The position numbers were made by a program, and so were the translations under genes. Shown piece after piece: positions 49,110-61,928 of a stretch of 64,000 bases of DNA. Source of the stretch: Escherichia coli (GTDB lineage: Bacteria; Pseudomonadota; Gammaproteobacteria; Enterobacterales; Enterobacteriaceae). Every line of letters begins with the position of its first letter. The first letter of the stretch is position 1. The stretch is taken from NCBI RefSeq assembly GCF_045037415.1, contig NZ_CP173438.1. One strand, given 5' to 3'. The notes under the pieces were generated by a model that worked only from the letters and a program-made list of their open reading frames with translations, was not told the DNA's origin and made no database searches.

Positions 49110-50185
49110 ACGACAATGTCACGCTACGGGTAAATGGCCGGGAGTGGAATGGCTGGACATCGGTGCGCATCGGTGCCGGTATTGAACGGCTGGCGCGGGA
49201 TTTCAGTGTGGAGATCACCCGCCAGTGGCCGGGTGATGAGGGTATCACCACGCTTCAGCCGCGCATTAAAAACGGTTCAAAAGTGGAAGTGCTGATTGGT
49301 GATGAGCTGGTGATCACCGGCTGGGTGGAGGCGACTCCCGTTCATTACGATGCCCGTTCGGTCAGCACCGGTATTGCCGGACGTAGTCTGACGGCTGACC
49401 TGATTGACTGTGCAGCCGAACCGACACAGTTTAACGGACGCTCGCTGGTGCAGATTGCGCAGGCGCTTGCTGCGCCTTTCGGCATTGAGGTGGTGAACAG
49501 CGGTGCGCCATCGGGTGTTATTCCTGATGTTCAGCCTGATCACGGTGAAACGGTGATTGAGGTAATCAACAAAATACTCGGTCAGCAGCAGGCACTGGCT
49601 TACGACGACCCGCACGGCAGGCTGGTGATTGGCGGTATTGGCTCAACGCGGGCACATACCGCGCTGGTACTTGGGGAAAATATCCTTTCCTGTGATACGG
49701 AGAAGAGTATCCGGGAGCGGTTTTCTGTTTACCAGGTGGCGGGGCAGCGTGCCGGAAACGACGATGATTTCGGTGAGGCCACCACCACCGCGCTGCGGGC
49801 CCGCACAGAGGACGCATTTATTGCCCGTTACCGTCCGATGTATATCAGGCAGACAGGGCAGGCTACGGGGGCAGGCTGTATTGCGCGTGCTGACTTTGAA
49901 GCCCGACAACGGGCGGCGCGGACGGATGAAACCACCTATGTGGTGCAGGGCTGGCGACAGGGTAACGGTACGCTGTGGCAGCCCAACCAGCGGGTGATTG
50001 TCTTTGATCCGGTCTGTGGTTTTGACAATACCGAACTGCTTGTCTCGGAAGTCACGTTTACTCAGGACCAGAACGGCACCCTGACGGAAATCCGTGTCGG
50101 CCCGCCTGATGCTTATCTGCCTGAACCCGAAGACCCCGGCGCGCGGAAAAAGAAAAAAGCCAGAGTACAGGAGGACCCGTTCTGA
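49106..50185 (+). CDS. Mu P-like tail/baseplate hub protein
   Basis: 359 aa. Confidence 0.65.
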   Translation: MNDNVTLRVNGREWNGWTSVRIGAGIERLARDFSVEITRQWPGDEGITTLQPRIKNGSKVEVLIGDELVITGWVEATPVHYDARSVSTGIAGRSLTADLIDCAAEPTQFNGRSLVQIAQALAAPFGIEVVNSGAPSGVIPDVQPDHGETVIEVINKILGQQQALAYDDPHGRLVIGGIGSTRAHTALVLGENILSCDTEKSIRERFSVYQVAGQRAGNDDDFGEATTTALRARTEDAFIARYRPMYIRQTGQATGAGCIARADFEARQRAARTDETTYVVQGWRQGNGTLWQPNQRVIVFDPVCGFDNTELLVSEVTFTQDQNGTLTEIRVGPPDAYLPEPEDPGARKKKKARVQEDPF

Positions 50186-50733
50186 TGAGGGCGATTGAAG
50201 CCATGCAGCGACAACTACTCGGCCTGATTGGGCGGGCCGTGGTGAAAAGCATCAGTGCCGCCACGAAATGTCAGACCGTGGATGTGTCCCTGATTGCCGG
50301 TGAACCCAAAGCCGGGGTTGAACATCTTGAACCCTACGGTTTTACCGCAAGGGCAAACAGCGGTGCGGAAGCGGTGGTGTTGTTTCCGGATGGCGACCGT
50401 TCTCATGCGGTGGTTGTTACGGTGTCGGACCGGCGCTACCGCCTGAAAGGACTGCAGACGGGTGAGGTGGCTGTCTATGACGATCAGGGGCAGTCCGTGA
50501 CGCTGACCCGGGAGGGGATCGTGGTGGACGGTGCAGGTAAAACGATCACGTTTCGCAATTCACCTAAAGCACGTTTTGAAATGGACCTGGAAGTGACAGG
50601 ACAGGTGAAAGACCTGTGCGACTCCGGCGGCACCACCATGTCAGCGATGCGGCTTGCCTATAACGGGCATCGTCACAGAGAGAACGGTCAGGGCAGTAAC
50701 ACCGACAAACCGGATAAAGCGATGGAGGCATGA
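50185..50733 (+). CDS. Baseplate assembly protein V-like (spike)
   Basis: 182 aa. Confidence 0.6.
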   Translation: MRAIEAMQRQLLGLIGRAVVKSISAATKCQTVDVSLIAGEPKAGVEHLEPYGFTARANSGAEAVVLFPDGDRSHAVVVTVSDRRYRLKGLQTGEVAVYDDQGQSVTLTREGIVVDGAGKTITFRNSPKARFEMDLEVTGQVKDLCDSGGTTMSAMRLAYNGHRHRENGQGSNTDKPDKAMEA

Positions 50734-51158
50734 TGGAACTGTGGCTGACGGTGAACGGTAAACGCACCTGCGCCAGCGCACCGCTGGATCCGCTGACCCG
50801 CGCCGTGGTGATTTCCCTGTTTACCTGGCGGCGGGCGGAGCCTGATGACAACGCCGACGTCCCGATGGGATGGTGGGGGGATACCTGGCCTGCGGTACAG
50901 AATGACCGTTACGGCTCCCGGCTGTGGCTGCTTCAGCGCAGCAAACTGACCAATCAGCTGGTGCAGACGGTAAGGGGGTATATCCGCGAATGCCTGCAAT
51001 GGATGATTGATGACGGCGTGGTGTCCCGTATTGATCTGGATATCCGCCGCACCGGGATTAATGAACTGGGTAACAGTATCACTCTCTGGCGTCGTGACGG
51101 ACCGGTAATGATTTCTTTTGATGATCTGTGGAGTGCGATAACGCATGGCGGACAGTGA
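50730..51158 (+). CDS. Baseplate protein (Mu gp46 / GPW-like)
   Basis: 142 aa. Confidence 0.6.
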   Translation: MMELWLTVNGKRTCASAPLDPLTRAVVISLFTWRRAEPDDNADVPMGWWGDTWPAVQNDRYGSRLWLLQRSKLTNQLVQTVRGYIRECLQWMIDDGVVSRIDLDIRRTGINELGNSITLWRRDGPVMISFDDLWSAITHGGQ

Positions 51159-52203
51159 ATTTCAGCGCCCGACGCTGGCAGAAAATATCAGTATGCTCCG
51201 TAACGATTTATTCGCCAGGCTGGACGTCAGCGACACGCTCCGGCGCATGGATGAAGACGTGCGGGCAAAGGTGTATGCGGCGGCGCTGCATACGGTTTAT
51301 GGGTACATCGATTATCTGGCAATGAATATGCTGCCTGACCTGTGCGATGAGTCCTGGCTGGCACGACATGCTGCGATGAAACGGTGTCCGCGCAAGGGGG
51401 CCACGGCTGCCAGCGGGTATATGCGCTGGGAAGGTGTCAGCGATGGCCTGAAGGTGACTGCCGGGAGCGTGATTCAGCGCGATGACCTGGTTCAGTACAC
51501 GGCAACTGCCGATGCAACCAGCTCCGGTGGTGTCCTGCGTGCGCCGATCACTTGCTCAACTACAGGCGCGGTCGGTAACGCTGACGACGGTACGGCATTA
51601 ATCCTGGTCACGCCGGTGAATGGTCTGCCGTCTTCCGGTGTTGCAGATACCCTGACTGGCGGATTCGATACTGAAGATCTGGAAACGTGGCGCGCCCGCG
51701 TCATTGAGCGGTATTACTGGACGCCGCAGGGCGGGGCTGACGGGGACTATGTCGTCTGGGCTAAAGAAGTGCCCGGCATTACCCGCGCATGGACATACCG
51801 TCACTGGATGGGAACGGGAACTGTCGGTGTGATGATTGCCAGCAGTGACCTGATTAATCCCATTCCGGAAGAATCAACGGAAACGGCGGCAAGACAACAT
51901 ATCGGGCCACTGGCCCCGGTGGCAGGCTCTGATTTATATGTATTCAGGCCGGTGGCGCATAAAGTGGATTTTCATATCCGCGTGACGCCGGACACACCGG
52001 AAATACGGGCTGCCATCACCGCCGAGTTGCGTTCGTTCCTGCTGCGTGATGGTTATCCGCAGGGAGAACTGAAGGTGTCGCGTATCAGTGAAGCGATTTC
52101 CGGTGCGAACGGGGAATACAGCCATCAGTTGCTTGCACCGGCAGACAATATCTCCATTGCAAAAAATGAACTGGCGGTACTGGGGACGATTTCATGGACG
52201 TGA
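51145..52203 (+). CDS. Baseplate J-like protein
   Basis: 352 aa. Confidence 0.75.
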   Translation: MADSEFQRPTLAENISMLRNDLFARLDVSDTLRRMDEDVRAKVYAAALHTVYGYIDYLAMNMLPDLCDESWLARHAAMKRCPRKGATAASGYMRWEGVSDGLKVTAGSVIQRDDLVQYTATADATSSGGVLRAPITCSTTGAVGNADDGTALILVTPVNGLPSSGVADTLTGGFDTEDLETWRARVIERYYWTPQGGADGDYVVWAKEVPGITRAWTYRHWMGTGTVGVMIASSDLINPIPEESTETAARQHIGPLAPVAGSDLYVFRPVAHKVDFHIRVTPDTPEIRAAITAELRSFLLRDGYPQGELKVSRISEAISGANGEYSHQLLAPADNISIAKNELAVLGTISWT

Positions 52204-52778
52204 CAAACGATGATTACATCCGTCTGTTGTCGGCACTGTTGCCCCCCGGTCCGGCGTGGTCATCCAGCGATCCAGCGATTGCCGGTGCGGCACCGTCATT
52301 AACCCGCGTTCATCAGCGTGCGGATGCCCTGATGCGGGAGCTGGATCCGCGCACCACCACTGAACTGATAAACCGCTGGGAGCGTCTGTGCGGCCTGCCG
52401 GATGAATGTATTCCGGCGGGAACGCAGACCCTTCGCCAGCGTCAGCAACGGCTGGATGCGAAGGTTAATCTGGCGGGCGGCATCAATGAGGATTTTTACC
52501 TTGCACAGCTTGCTGCCCTGGGCAGACCAGACGCCACCATCACGCGATACGACAAAAGCACGTTCACCTGCTCATCGGCCTGTACTGACGCAGTGAATGC
52601 GACGGAATGGCGGTATTACTGGCAGGTCAACATGCCAGCCGCCACCAACACCACCTGGATGACATGTGGCGATCCCTGTGATTCCGCACTGCGTATCTGG
52701 GGCGATACCGTTGTCGAGTGCGTGCTTAACAAACTCTGCCCTTCGCATACCTACGTAATTTTCAAATATCCGGAGTAA
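52194..52778 (+). CDS. Tail protein, DUF2313/YmfQ-like (Mu gp48-like)
   Basis: 194 aa. Confidence 0.6.
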   Translation: MDVTNDDYIRLLSALLPPGPAWSSSDPAIAGAAPSLTRVHQRADALMRELDPRTTTELINRWERLCGLPDECIPAGTQTLRQRQQRLDAKVNLAGGINEDFYLAQLAALGRPDATITRYDKSTFTCSSACTDAVNATEWRYYWQVNMPAATNTTWMTCGDPCDSALRIWGDTVVECVLNKLCPSHTYVIFKYPE

Positions 52779-52781
52779 TCC

Positions 52782-55157
52782 ATGCATCGTATAGACACGA
52801 AAACCGCGCAGAAGGATAAGTTCGGCGCGGGTAAGAACGGTTTTACCCGTGGTAACCCCCAGACCGGCACGCCTGCCACCGATCTGGATGATGACTACTT
52901 TGACATGTTGCAGGAAGAACTTTGCAGCGTGGTGGAGGCCTCCGGTGCCAGTCTGGAGAAGGCGCGGCACGACCAGCTGCTTACCGCGCTTCGTGCGCTG
53001 CTGTTAAGCCGCAAAAATCCGTTTGGCGATATCAAATCGGATGGCACGGTAGAACGCGCTCTTGAAAATCTGGGGTTACAGGATGTAAAAGCTGGTTCAT
53101 TGAACAATCTGTACACTAACCATTCCCGTAGTGTCTTAATGGAATTGCCGTTATTATTCCCAGACTACGATACGGTGCTGGCTGCTCAGTCTGGTGCGGA
53201 ATATATGTATCCACAGGGATTTGTGGTGACAGGAGAAAAAATCTATCTGAGTTATACCGTTGAGCCAAAGCAGACACGGAACGTTATAGTTCAGTACACA
53301 ACATCCGGCGAATATGAGGGATATTATTATGTCGATAATGGAGGTCGTGGCGTTGTCAGCGAAGGCCTTGTGGTGACAACGGATTACGGTGGATTACGTT
53401 TGTTCATGTCAGGAGAAAATGGATTACTGAAACAGTTTTCGCTTGATGGGGCAATTTCTGGTTCAGTATTGCCGTTAATTGATGAACATGATGTCGGTGT
53501 TTACAACCAGTTCAGCTATCGTAAAAACCGCTGGGTGGTTGAACAGTCAGCGCCGGAAGTGGGAGGCCTGATCACCCGCACAGTATTTGCGGTGTATGAT
53601 TTTCAGTTTCGTCGGACAGGGACATTCACATTACCGTTGCATGATTCCGGATATATCACGGAAAGCACAGACAGCTATGCAAGACGCTTCACAAAACGTC
53701 AGGGAATTGCTGTGGGAGACGATTATATTGCCTGTTCTTATGGTGGCTATTTTAATACCGGGGCATCAGCCGGATTTAACCAGTTTCAGGGGGTTAAGGT
53801 CTTTTCTCCGGATGGAGTAAAGCAGCAGGAATCCATTCTTCATCCCCAAAAAATGATAGATGTGCTTACCAGGCAGGGTTTTACACCTTCGCGCATTGAG
53901 AACGAAGGAATTTGTATTTCTGACGACGGCGGCAGTATATATTCGCTTTATATCTTTCTGGAGCGTGGGTTACCACAGGCTTATCAGAAAGGAATTGTTC
54001 TGATGAAAGAGTTCAGTACTGGCAGAGATGCTATTGATTTTCGTCAGGCAGCCTGGTTGTACACGGGGTTTGATGTGTCTCATGCCAGTATTGGAACATT
54101 TCCCCGTAGTGCCCAGGGGTTGGTAAACCCGGTGTTGGGGACGGTATTCACATCCCTGTCTGAAATTCTGGCATATATGCGTTCTGTGAGTCAGAAATGG
54201 TTTTGTCTGCATACAACCACGACACCGATTAAAGATCTGAGTGGAAATGACATTCCTGCTGACAATTATGTGTTCATCAAGAATGCTAATAACCAGACAT
54301 TCTATATAACGCAGGAGTCAGCTGAAGGTGGAATAAAATATAAAGCTGTCACTACAGACAGCGGAGAATATGGTTTTCAGCGACAAAGAGAGGCAATCTG
54401 GTCCAATGTTATCACCATCGCACAAAAGAGCGATGGTGAGGATCAGTTTAATCGTATTATCGCTGCCTCGAAAAGTGGTTCAGGTAAAAATCAGGATAAA
54501 ATACTGGTAGTTGACCAACAGGCATCAGAGGGGAATAACACGCTGGTAATTGGCGGTGGTTCATCTGTGTTCAGGTCAGCGACAGTGATTGATTTTGCAA
54601 CGAATCAGGATGCAAATGCCACAGGAGGAGAAAAGAGATGGCGCATAGATTCATCAGGAAATCTCCGCCCTTATACAGATAATACGTATTCGATCGGTTA
54701 TGCCTCATGGCGACCCGCACAGGTTTATTCAGCTACGGGAAGTATCAGTACATCAGACCGGACTCATAAACAGGACGAAACAATTCTGTCGGATGCAGAA
54801 AAAAGGGTTGCCAGAAAGCTGCTCGGGTATATCTGTCGGTTCCGTTTCAGAGATGCAGTGTCCAGCAAAGGGAACGCAGCCAGATGGCATGTAGGAGTGA
54901 TTGCTCAGGACGTACAGAAGGTCTTCTCTGAGGAAGGGCTGGACGCTTTTGATTACGGTATTTTGTGTCGTGATGAATATCCGGCGGAATATGAAGTGGT
55001 TTACGGGACTCGTATGGAGCTTGGTCCTGACGGACTCCTTACAATGGAAGAATACGATACCGGAGAGCGCAAGCTGGTCAGGGAGGCTGGTGAAATAATG
55101 TCTGTAAGGAATGATGAGCTGCATTATTTCATGCTGGCATCGCTGTCTGGCCAGTGA
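52782..55157 (+). CDS. Tail fiber protein with C-terminal intramolecular chaperone (peptidase S74-like) domain
   Basis: 791 aa; conserved N-terminus, AT-rich variable central part, C-terminal S-D-R-T-H-K motif (about 54750-54770) and downstream conserved block typical of self-cleaving chaperone domains. Confidence 0.75.
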   Translation: MHRIDTKTAQKDKFGAGKNGFTRGNPQTGTPATDLDDDYFDMLQEELCSVVEASGASLEKARHDQLLTALRALLLSRKNPFGDIKSDGTVERALENLGLQDVKAGSLNNLYTNHSRSVLMELPLLFPDYDTVLAAQSGAEYMYPQGFVVTGEKIYLSYTVEPKQTRNVIVQYTTSGEYEGYYYVDNGGRGVVSEGLVVTTDYGGLRLFMSGENGLLKQFSLDGAISGSVLPLIDEHDVGVYNQFSYRKNRWVVEQSAPEVGGLITRTVFAVYDFQFRRTGTFTLPLHDSGYITESTDSYARRFTKRQGIAVGDDYIACSYGGYFNTGASAGFNQFQGVKVFSPDGVKQQESILHPQKMIDVLTRQGFTPSRIENEGICISDDGGSIYSLYIFLERGLPQAYQKGIVLMKEFSTGRDAIDFRQAAWLYTGFDVSHASIGTFPRSAQGLVNPVLGTVFTSLSEILAYMRSVSQKWFCLHTTTTPIKDLSGNDIPADNYVFIKNANNQTFYITQESAEGGIKYKAVTTDSGEYGFQRQREAIWSNVITIAQKSDGEDQFNRIIAASKSGSGKNQDKILVVDQQASEGNNTLVIGGGSSVFRSATVIDFATNQDANATGGEKRWRIDSSGNLRPYTDNTYSIGYASWRPAQVYSATGSISTSDRTHKQDETILSDAEKRVARKLLGYICRFRFRDAVSSKGNAARWHVGVIAQDVQKVFSEEGLDAFDYGILCRDEYPAEYEVVYGTRMELGPDGLLTMEEYDTGERKLVREAGEIMSVRNDELHYFMLASLSGQ

Positions 55158-55773
55158 ATAATATTAATGTAAGGAGCGATATAAGCTCCTTACATCATGC
55201 ATTTTATGCTGCGATTATGCGTTCTCCTGTTGTTTGTTGCTGAGAGTGAAACACCGGAAACATACTGGTGGATTGAAATGTTCTGTGTGGCAGCGTATGA
55301 ATATGTCGTGGTAGGGTGGATAAAAAATGCCCGTGATGATCCGGGCAACATAGCAGTATGCATTTTTCTATTGTGAACTGATGCATTATACAAGTAATGC
55401 TGTTATTGAGGAAAGTTTAAAGAAGCGGCTCTTCTCCGCCTGTAAAGTTTGGTCATTATTGCTTTATATATAAGTTCCACCAGTAGGCGATCATCTATGA
55501 TGTTGGCATATCGACTTTGTATAAGAGGTTTCCGGTCGGAGATAAATGAAACCGTAGCACGTCGTATGCAAGAACGTGCCACGGCTGGCTGGCGAACTTT
55601 CGATAGTGCGAGTATTGAATGATTTCCAGCTGTTACTGATTTTATATAACTGCAGTGGAATTATTCAACACACAGGCAAAACGGAATAAGCTGAGAAAAA
55701 AAAGCGTGCTTTCCCAATCTGGGGTAAATCACATCTGAATGACACCTGAAAACAGGTGGTGGCCTCAAGAAGG

Positions 55774-55846
55774 CTTGGAATATTCTTCTTTAATGTTATG
55801 TAATTTATTGATTTTTCGTGTACGATTTTAAGACATTTATTCCAAG
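55774..55846. repeat. Integrase arm-type site copies at right prophage end (CTTGGAATAT at 55774-55783; inverted TATTCCAAG at 55838-55846)
   Basis: Same decamer as the triple repeat next to attL. Confidence 0.4.
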
Positions 55847-55885
55847 AAAAATTTTTAACTCTTTGATTTTTCGACTCTGTATCAT

Positions 55886-55948
55886 CGGTTCTCGAAAACC
55901 GGAGTAGGGGCAACTCTACCGGGGGTTCAAATCCCCCTCTCTCCGCCA
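55886..55948 (+). repeat. attR core: 63-bp direct repeat carrying the host-type tRNA-Ser 3' segment
   Basis: Matches 15793-15855 with two mismatches; variable arm here matches canonical serU as recalled. Confidence 0.7.
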
Positions 55949-56493
55949 CTTTATCAATGACTTATCTCCCGACTTCCCGCCTTGCTTTTCCTAAACAGAA
56001 CAATCGTAGGATATTCTTGAAGGGTTAGATCGTCACTGTTTTCTGTTCGATACTGTGACATTCAGCACTTGATTCGCTATGGGTCTGACAGGAAGGTTTC
56101 GAGCGAAAATCTACAGTTATTCAGTCGTTTTCTTATCGGTCACCATTATTCTTTTAGACATTGATCCTATGAAACTGCCGCAAAGTTGCTGGCGGGAACT
56201 GAAGTTGCGTAGAGAAGGGGTCAATAATTGAGCCAAAAAAGGAACGCGGCCGTCAGATTAAAGCCGCGGGACAAAGTCCATAATTTCCAAGAGTTGTTGA
56301 ATTTCCCAGCTTTTTTGAAAGCCTTTGTATCATACTAACAAGTAAAAAAGGTTTAAACACCAAAATTAACCTATATTTCTGGTTAGCTTTACCATGACAG
56401 ATGACTTGCTCCTGGAGACATTTGCGCTGCCAGTCTGTATGGCTGAGTTGTGTATTTATTGTTCGCCTTTTTCTCAGTTTTTTTCTACAGACA

Positions 56494-56529
56494 TAATAAA
56501 AAAGACACGACTCAAGTATGAGCGTGTCT
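56494..56529 (-). terminator. Putative rho-independent terminator downstream of zinT
   Basis: On minus strand AGACACG...CGTGTCT hairpin followed by UUUUUUAUUAU. Confidence 0.4.
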
Positions 56530-56617
56530 GAGTTTGTCTTACTTATTTGTCTTGGTAAATTATTGTTGTTACTACCAGGCACTGTTCTGTTAAATAACTG
56601 AAGTCAGCGCAAAAAAA

Positions 56618-57268
56618 TCAATGAGACATCATCTCCTCGACCACTTCTTCGCTACTCAACTGATAGGGATAATACGTTGGCCAGTTTTCCATTTCATTCA
56701 ATAAAGATTGCTGGGAATCATTACCCATAAAAATGTGAAAATGAGATGATTTTCGTGGTGCAATTATATGATCGCTAAATTGTATATATTTAGGGGCTTT
56801 GCTTTCAGGATCTTTACATTCGAATAAGTAACGAACGCCTTTCTTGCCTGATTTATAGGTGAGTATTTTGTATCCATCGTAATCATATTTACAGGATGTT
56901 GTTTCATTATTTCTATGGAATTCGACAATGCCGTCCTCAATGCCAATCATTTCGATATCTGTCGCATAACCTTTGCGATAATAATCTTTAATTTCAGCAA
57001 ATGTTTTGGTTTTATCTGCATCCGCTTTCTTCTGAAAGACGGGGTCAAGTTTGCCACTTTGCAGTAAAGGGTAAACGGATTGCCAGACTCCATCCCAGTC
57101 ACTGAGCGTTCGGTTTTGTACATTGGTATCATCAAAAACACCATTAGCAGCTTTTTGTTCGACCTCTGTTAAGGGTTTGCCGTGTGAGTGATGACCATGC
57201 GAAAAGGCAGGAGCGCTAACAATAAAGACACCTAAAGCAACAGCCAGTTTATGAAGACGAATCGCCAA
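56618..57268 (-). CDS. zinT: Zinc/cadmium-binding periplasmic protein ZinT
   Basis: 216 aa; signal peptide then His-rich HGHHSHG motif; near-identical to E. coli ZinT as recalled. Confidence 0.9.
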   Translation of the reverse strand: MAIRLHKLAVALGVFIVSAPAFSHGHHSHGKPLTEVEQKAANGVFDDTNVQNRTLSDWDGVWQSVYPLLQSGKLDPVFQKKADADKTKTFAEIKDYYRKGYATDIEMIGIEDGIVEFHRNNETTSCKYDYDGYKILTYKSGKKGVRYLFECKDPESKAPKYIQFSDHIIAPRKSSHFHIFMGNDSQQSLLNEMENWPTYYPYQLSSEEVVEEMMSH

Positions 57269-57300
57269 AACAATTTCCTCCAGAGTTAATGTACATGATG

Positions 57301-57322
57301 TGTAATGTTATATTGTAACATA
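57301..57322. promoter_or_regulatory. Zur-box-like palindrome upstream of zinT (TGTAATGTTATATTGTAACATA)
   Basis: Imperfect palindrome resembling Zur consensus 33-54 bp upstream of zinT start. Confidence 0.4.
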
Positions 57323-57477
57323 TGAAAAAATGCAACAACTCATTAGGAAATGAGAGCATGGTATTCTCAGGTGTATTGAACTATCTTATTGAAATAAAAT
57401 AAATTATTCTGGTGATGAAAGGTTGATGACAAACGAAACATAACTTGATGCGATCTGTGTGGGCCGGATAGGGCGCT

Positions 57478-58910
<1,433 letters not shown>

Positions 58911-58961
58911 GCTCGCGCCGCATCCGGCCGGGATAACGCGAAGTTTGTCGGCAATATGAAG

Positions 58962-59597
58962 TTATAGAGATAATTTGTTGTGGGCCTGCTTGCGTAACCG
59001 GTTGAAAAGGGAAAGCAACTTCTTATACCGTAAGGCTAAAAGCAGTACAGCCAGCCCAGCGTAGATGAGTGGCTGCGGTGAAATAATCTTCACTGACCAC
59101 AGATAATGTATTGGGGTCAGGATCGCGACAAGATAGACGAAGTTATGCAACTGTTGCCAGTGTTTGCCGAGTTTTCGCTGCATCGACTGGGTTGAAGTGA
59201 ACGCTAAAGCAAGCAAAATAACCCAGCTGATAATTCCTAACGTTAAATAAGGCCGGGTAATTAACTCCTTACCTAATAACGCCAGATTATTCACGCCCAA
59301 CTCCAGCAATGCGTAACTGGTTAAATGCAGTGTCGCCCAGGCAAAGCACCATAAGCCTAACAGGCGGCGAGTGCGTATCAATAACGGCTGTTTTGCGTAG
59401 CGTGCCAGAGGTGTGATTAACAAGGCCGCAAGCAAAAATTTCAGTGCAGTGCGACCGGTAAAATGCTGAATATCTTTCACCGGATCGGCACCTAGTCCAC
59501 CGTGATTGATCGCCCAGACCAGCCAGAGAAACGGCAACAATCCGGCAAGATGCAGGCAAACTTTCAGCCATATCACCTGTTTTGCTGTCAGGCGCAT
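58962..59597 (-). CDS. msrQ: Methionine sulfoxide reductase heme-binding subunit MsrQ
   Basis: 211-aa polytopic membrane protein; directly downstream of msrP. Confidence 0.9.
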   Translation of the reverse strand: MRLTAKQVIWLKVCLHLAGLLPFLWLVWAINHGGLGADPVKDIQHFTGRTALKFLLAALLITPLARYAKQPLLIRTRRLLGLWCFAWATLHLTSYALLELGVNNLALLGKELITRPYLTLGIISWVILLALAFTSTQSMQRKLGKHWQQLHNFVYLVAILTPIHYLWSVKIISPQPLIYAGLAVLLLALRYKKLLSLFNRLRKQAHNKLSL

Positions 59598-60608
<1,011 letters not shown>

Positions 60609-60710
60609 TCACACTTTTTTGTCGTTAGCCAACAAGAGCCGTTTACTGTTAATCTGTCAGGGAGTCACCTCCCTAACAGTAGCAGAGATCAGCTTTTACA
60701 TATTTACGCA

Positions 60711-61124
60711 TTAACTGCCACGATAGGTTGAATACCCATATTGGCTGAGTAACAAAGGCACATGATAATGCTCGTTCACTTTATTAATATGAAATTCAAC
60801 GGGGATCTCAGGGAAGAAACTTTCAAGATTTTGTTTCTTGAAATAGTCCCCGGTTTTAAATACGACACGGTAATCGCCAGTAGTCGCAGTTTGCTCGGGC
60901 CACAGTGCCTTAATTCGTCCATCCTTATCTGTTTTGGCGGTATTAAGTTGTAACCAGCCGTTATCCGCTTTCTTTTCAAGAGTGACTGTCACGTCGGCAG
61001 CGGGTTTTCCTGTTTGCTGGTTCAAAATGTGCACGCTAAGAATGTTTTGTTGTGCGGCATAAACCAAAGAAGGTAATGAAAATGCTGCCGTTGCTACCGA
61101 GAGTACTAAATAACGCTTTAACAT
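60711..61124 (-). CDS. hiuH: 5-hydroxyisourate hydrolase (transthyretin-like)
   Basis: 137 aa with signal peptide; C-terminal YRGS motif typical of HIU hydrolases. Confidence 0.85.
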   Translation of the reverse strand: MLKRYLVLSVATAAFSLPSLVYAAQQNILSVHILNQQTGKPAADVTVTLEKKADNGWLQLNTAKTDKDGRIKALWPEQTATTGDYRVVFKTGDYFKKQNLESFFPEIPVEFHINKVNEHYHVPLLLSQYGYSTYRGS

Positions 61125-61193
61125 GTTTATATCCTTGTCATGTGAATGAGTTTTGAGGATAGCGAAAAAACGTCCAGGGTAACCTTACAGCAG

Positions 61194-61211
61194 CATTACA
61201 ATTTTGTAATG
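61194..61211. promoter_or_regulatory. Palindrome CATTACA-ATTT-TGTAATG in hiuH/hprR intergenic region (HprR/CusR-type box candidate)
   Basis: Perfect 7-bp inverted repeat with 4-bp spacer between divergent hiuH and hprR. Confidence 0.45.
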
Positions 61212-61256
61212 AACCAGGTTGTTTCTATAACATATGATTTATGGCATATTATTTTC

Positions 61257-61928
61257 ATGAAGATTCTACTTATTGAAGATAATCAAAGGACCCAGGAATG
61301 GGTAACGCAGGGGCTTTCCGAAGCGGGTTATGTCATTGATGCCGTTTCTGATGGCAGAGATGGGCTTTATCTTGCGCTGAAGGATGATTATGCATTGATC
61401 ATTCTGGATATTATGCTTCCGGGTATGGATGGCTGGCAGATCTTACAAACGTTAAGAACGGCAAAGCAAACTCCTGTTATTTGCCTTACAGCAAGGGATT
61501 CTGTCGATGACAGAGTCAGAGGGCTGGACAGTGGAGCAAATGATTATCTGGTAAAACCTTTTTCATTTTCTGAGTTGCTGGCAAGGGTTCGGGCACAATT
61601 AAGGCAACATCACGCTTTGAATTCAACATTAGAAATCAGTGGCTTAAAAATGGACTCTGTCAGTCAAAGTGTGAGCAGGGACAATATCAGTATTACACTG
61701 ACGCGCAAGGAGTTTCAGTTACTTTGGCTACTGGCCTCCAGAGCTGGCGAGATTATACCCAGAACGGTTATTGCGAGTGAAATTTGGGGAATCAACTTTG
61801 ATAGTGATACCAATACGGTGGATGTCGCCATTCGCAGGCTCCGCGCAAAAGTTGATGATCCTTTTCCTGAAAAGCTAATCGCCACAATCCGGGGGATGGG
61901 CTATTCATTCGTAGCGGTAAAAAAATAA
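61257..61928 (+). CDS. hprR: Two-component response regulator (OmpR family)
   Basis: Start at MKILLIEDN (223 aa); receiver domain and winged-helix output; the track ORF from 61146 is an upstream extension. Confidence 0.85.
   Translation: MKILLIEDNQRTQEWVTQGLSEAGYVIDAVSDGRDGLYLALKDDYALIILDIMLPGMDGWQILQTLRTAKQTPVICLTARDSVDDRVRGLDSGANDYLVKPFSFSELLARVRAQLRQHHALNSTLEISGLKMDSVSQSVSRDNISITLTRKEFQLLWLLASRAGEIIPRTVIASEIWGINFDSDTNTVDVAIRRLRAKVDDPFPEKLIATIRGMGYSFVAVKK

Larger units (their letters stand above)
15793..55948. mobile_element. Mosaic prophage (~40.2 kb) integrated into the 3' half of tRNA-Ser
   Basis: Bounded by 63-bp direct repeats of the tRNA-Ser 3' segment (15793-15855 and 55886-55948); integrase next to attL; complete early, lysis, head and tail modules in between. 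Confidence 0.85.

Noticed and set aside
56253-56582. 109-aa ORF between attR and zinT
   Set aside because: AT-rich, no RBS, low-complexity sequence overlapping the predicted zinT terminator; likely spurious.
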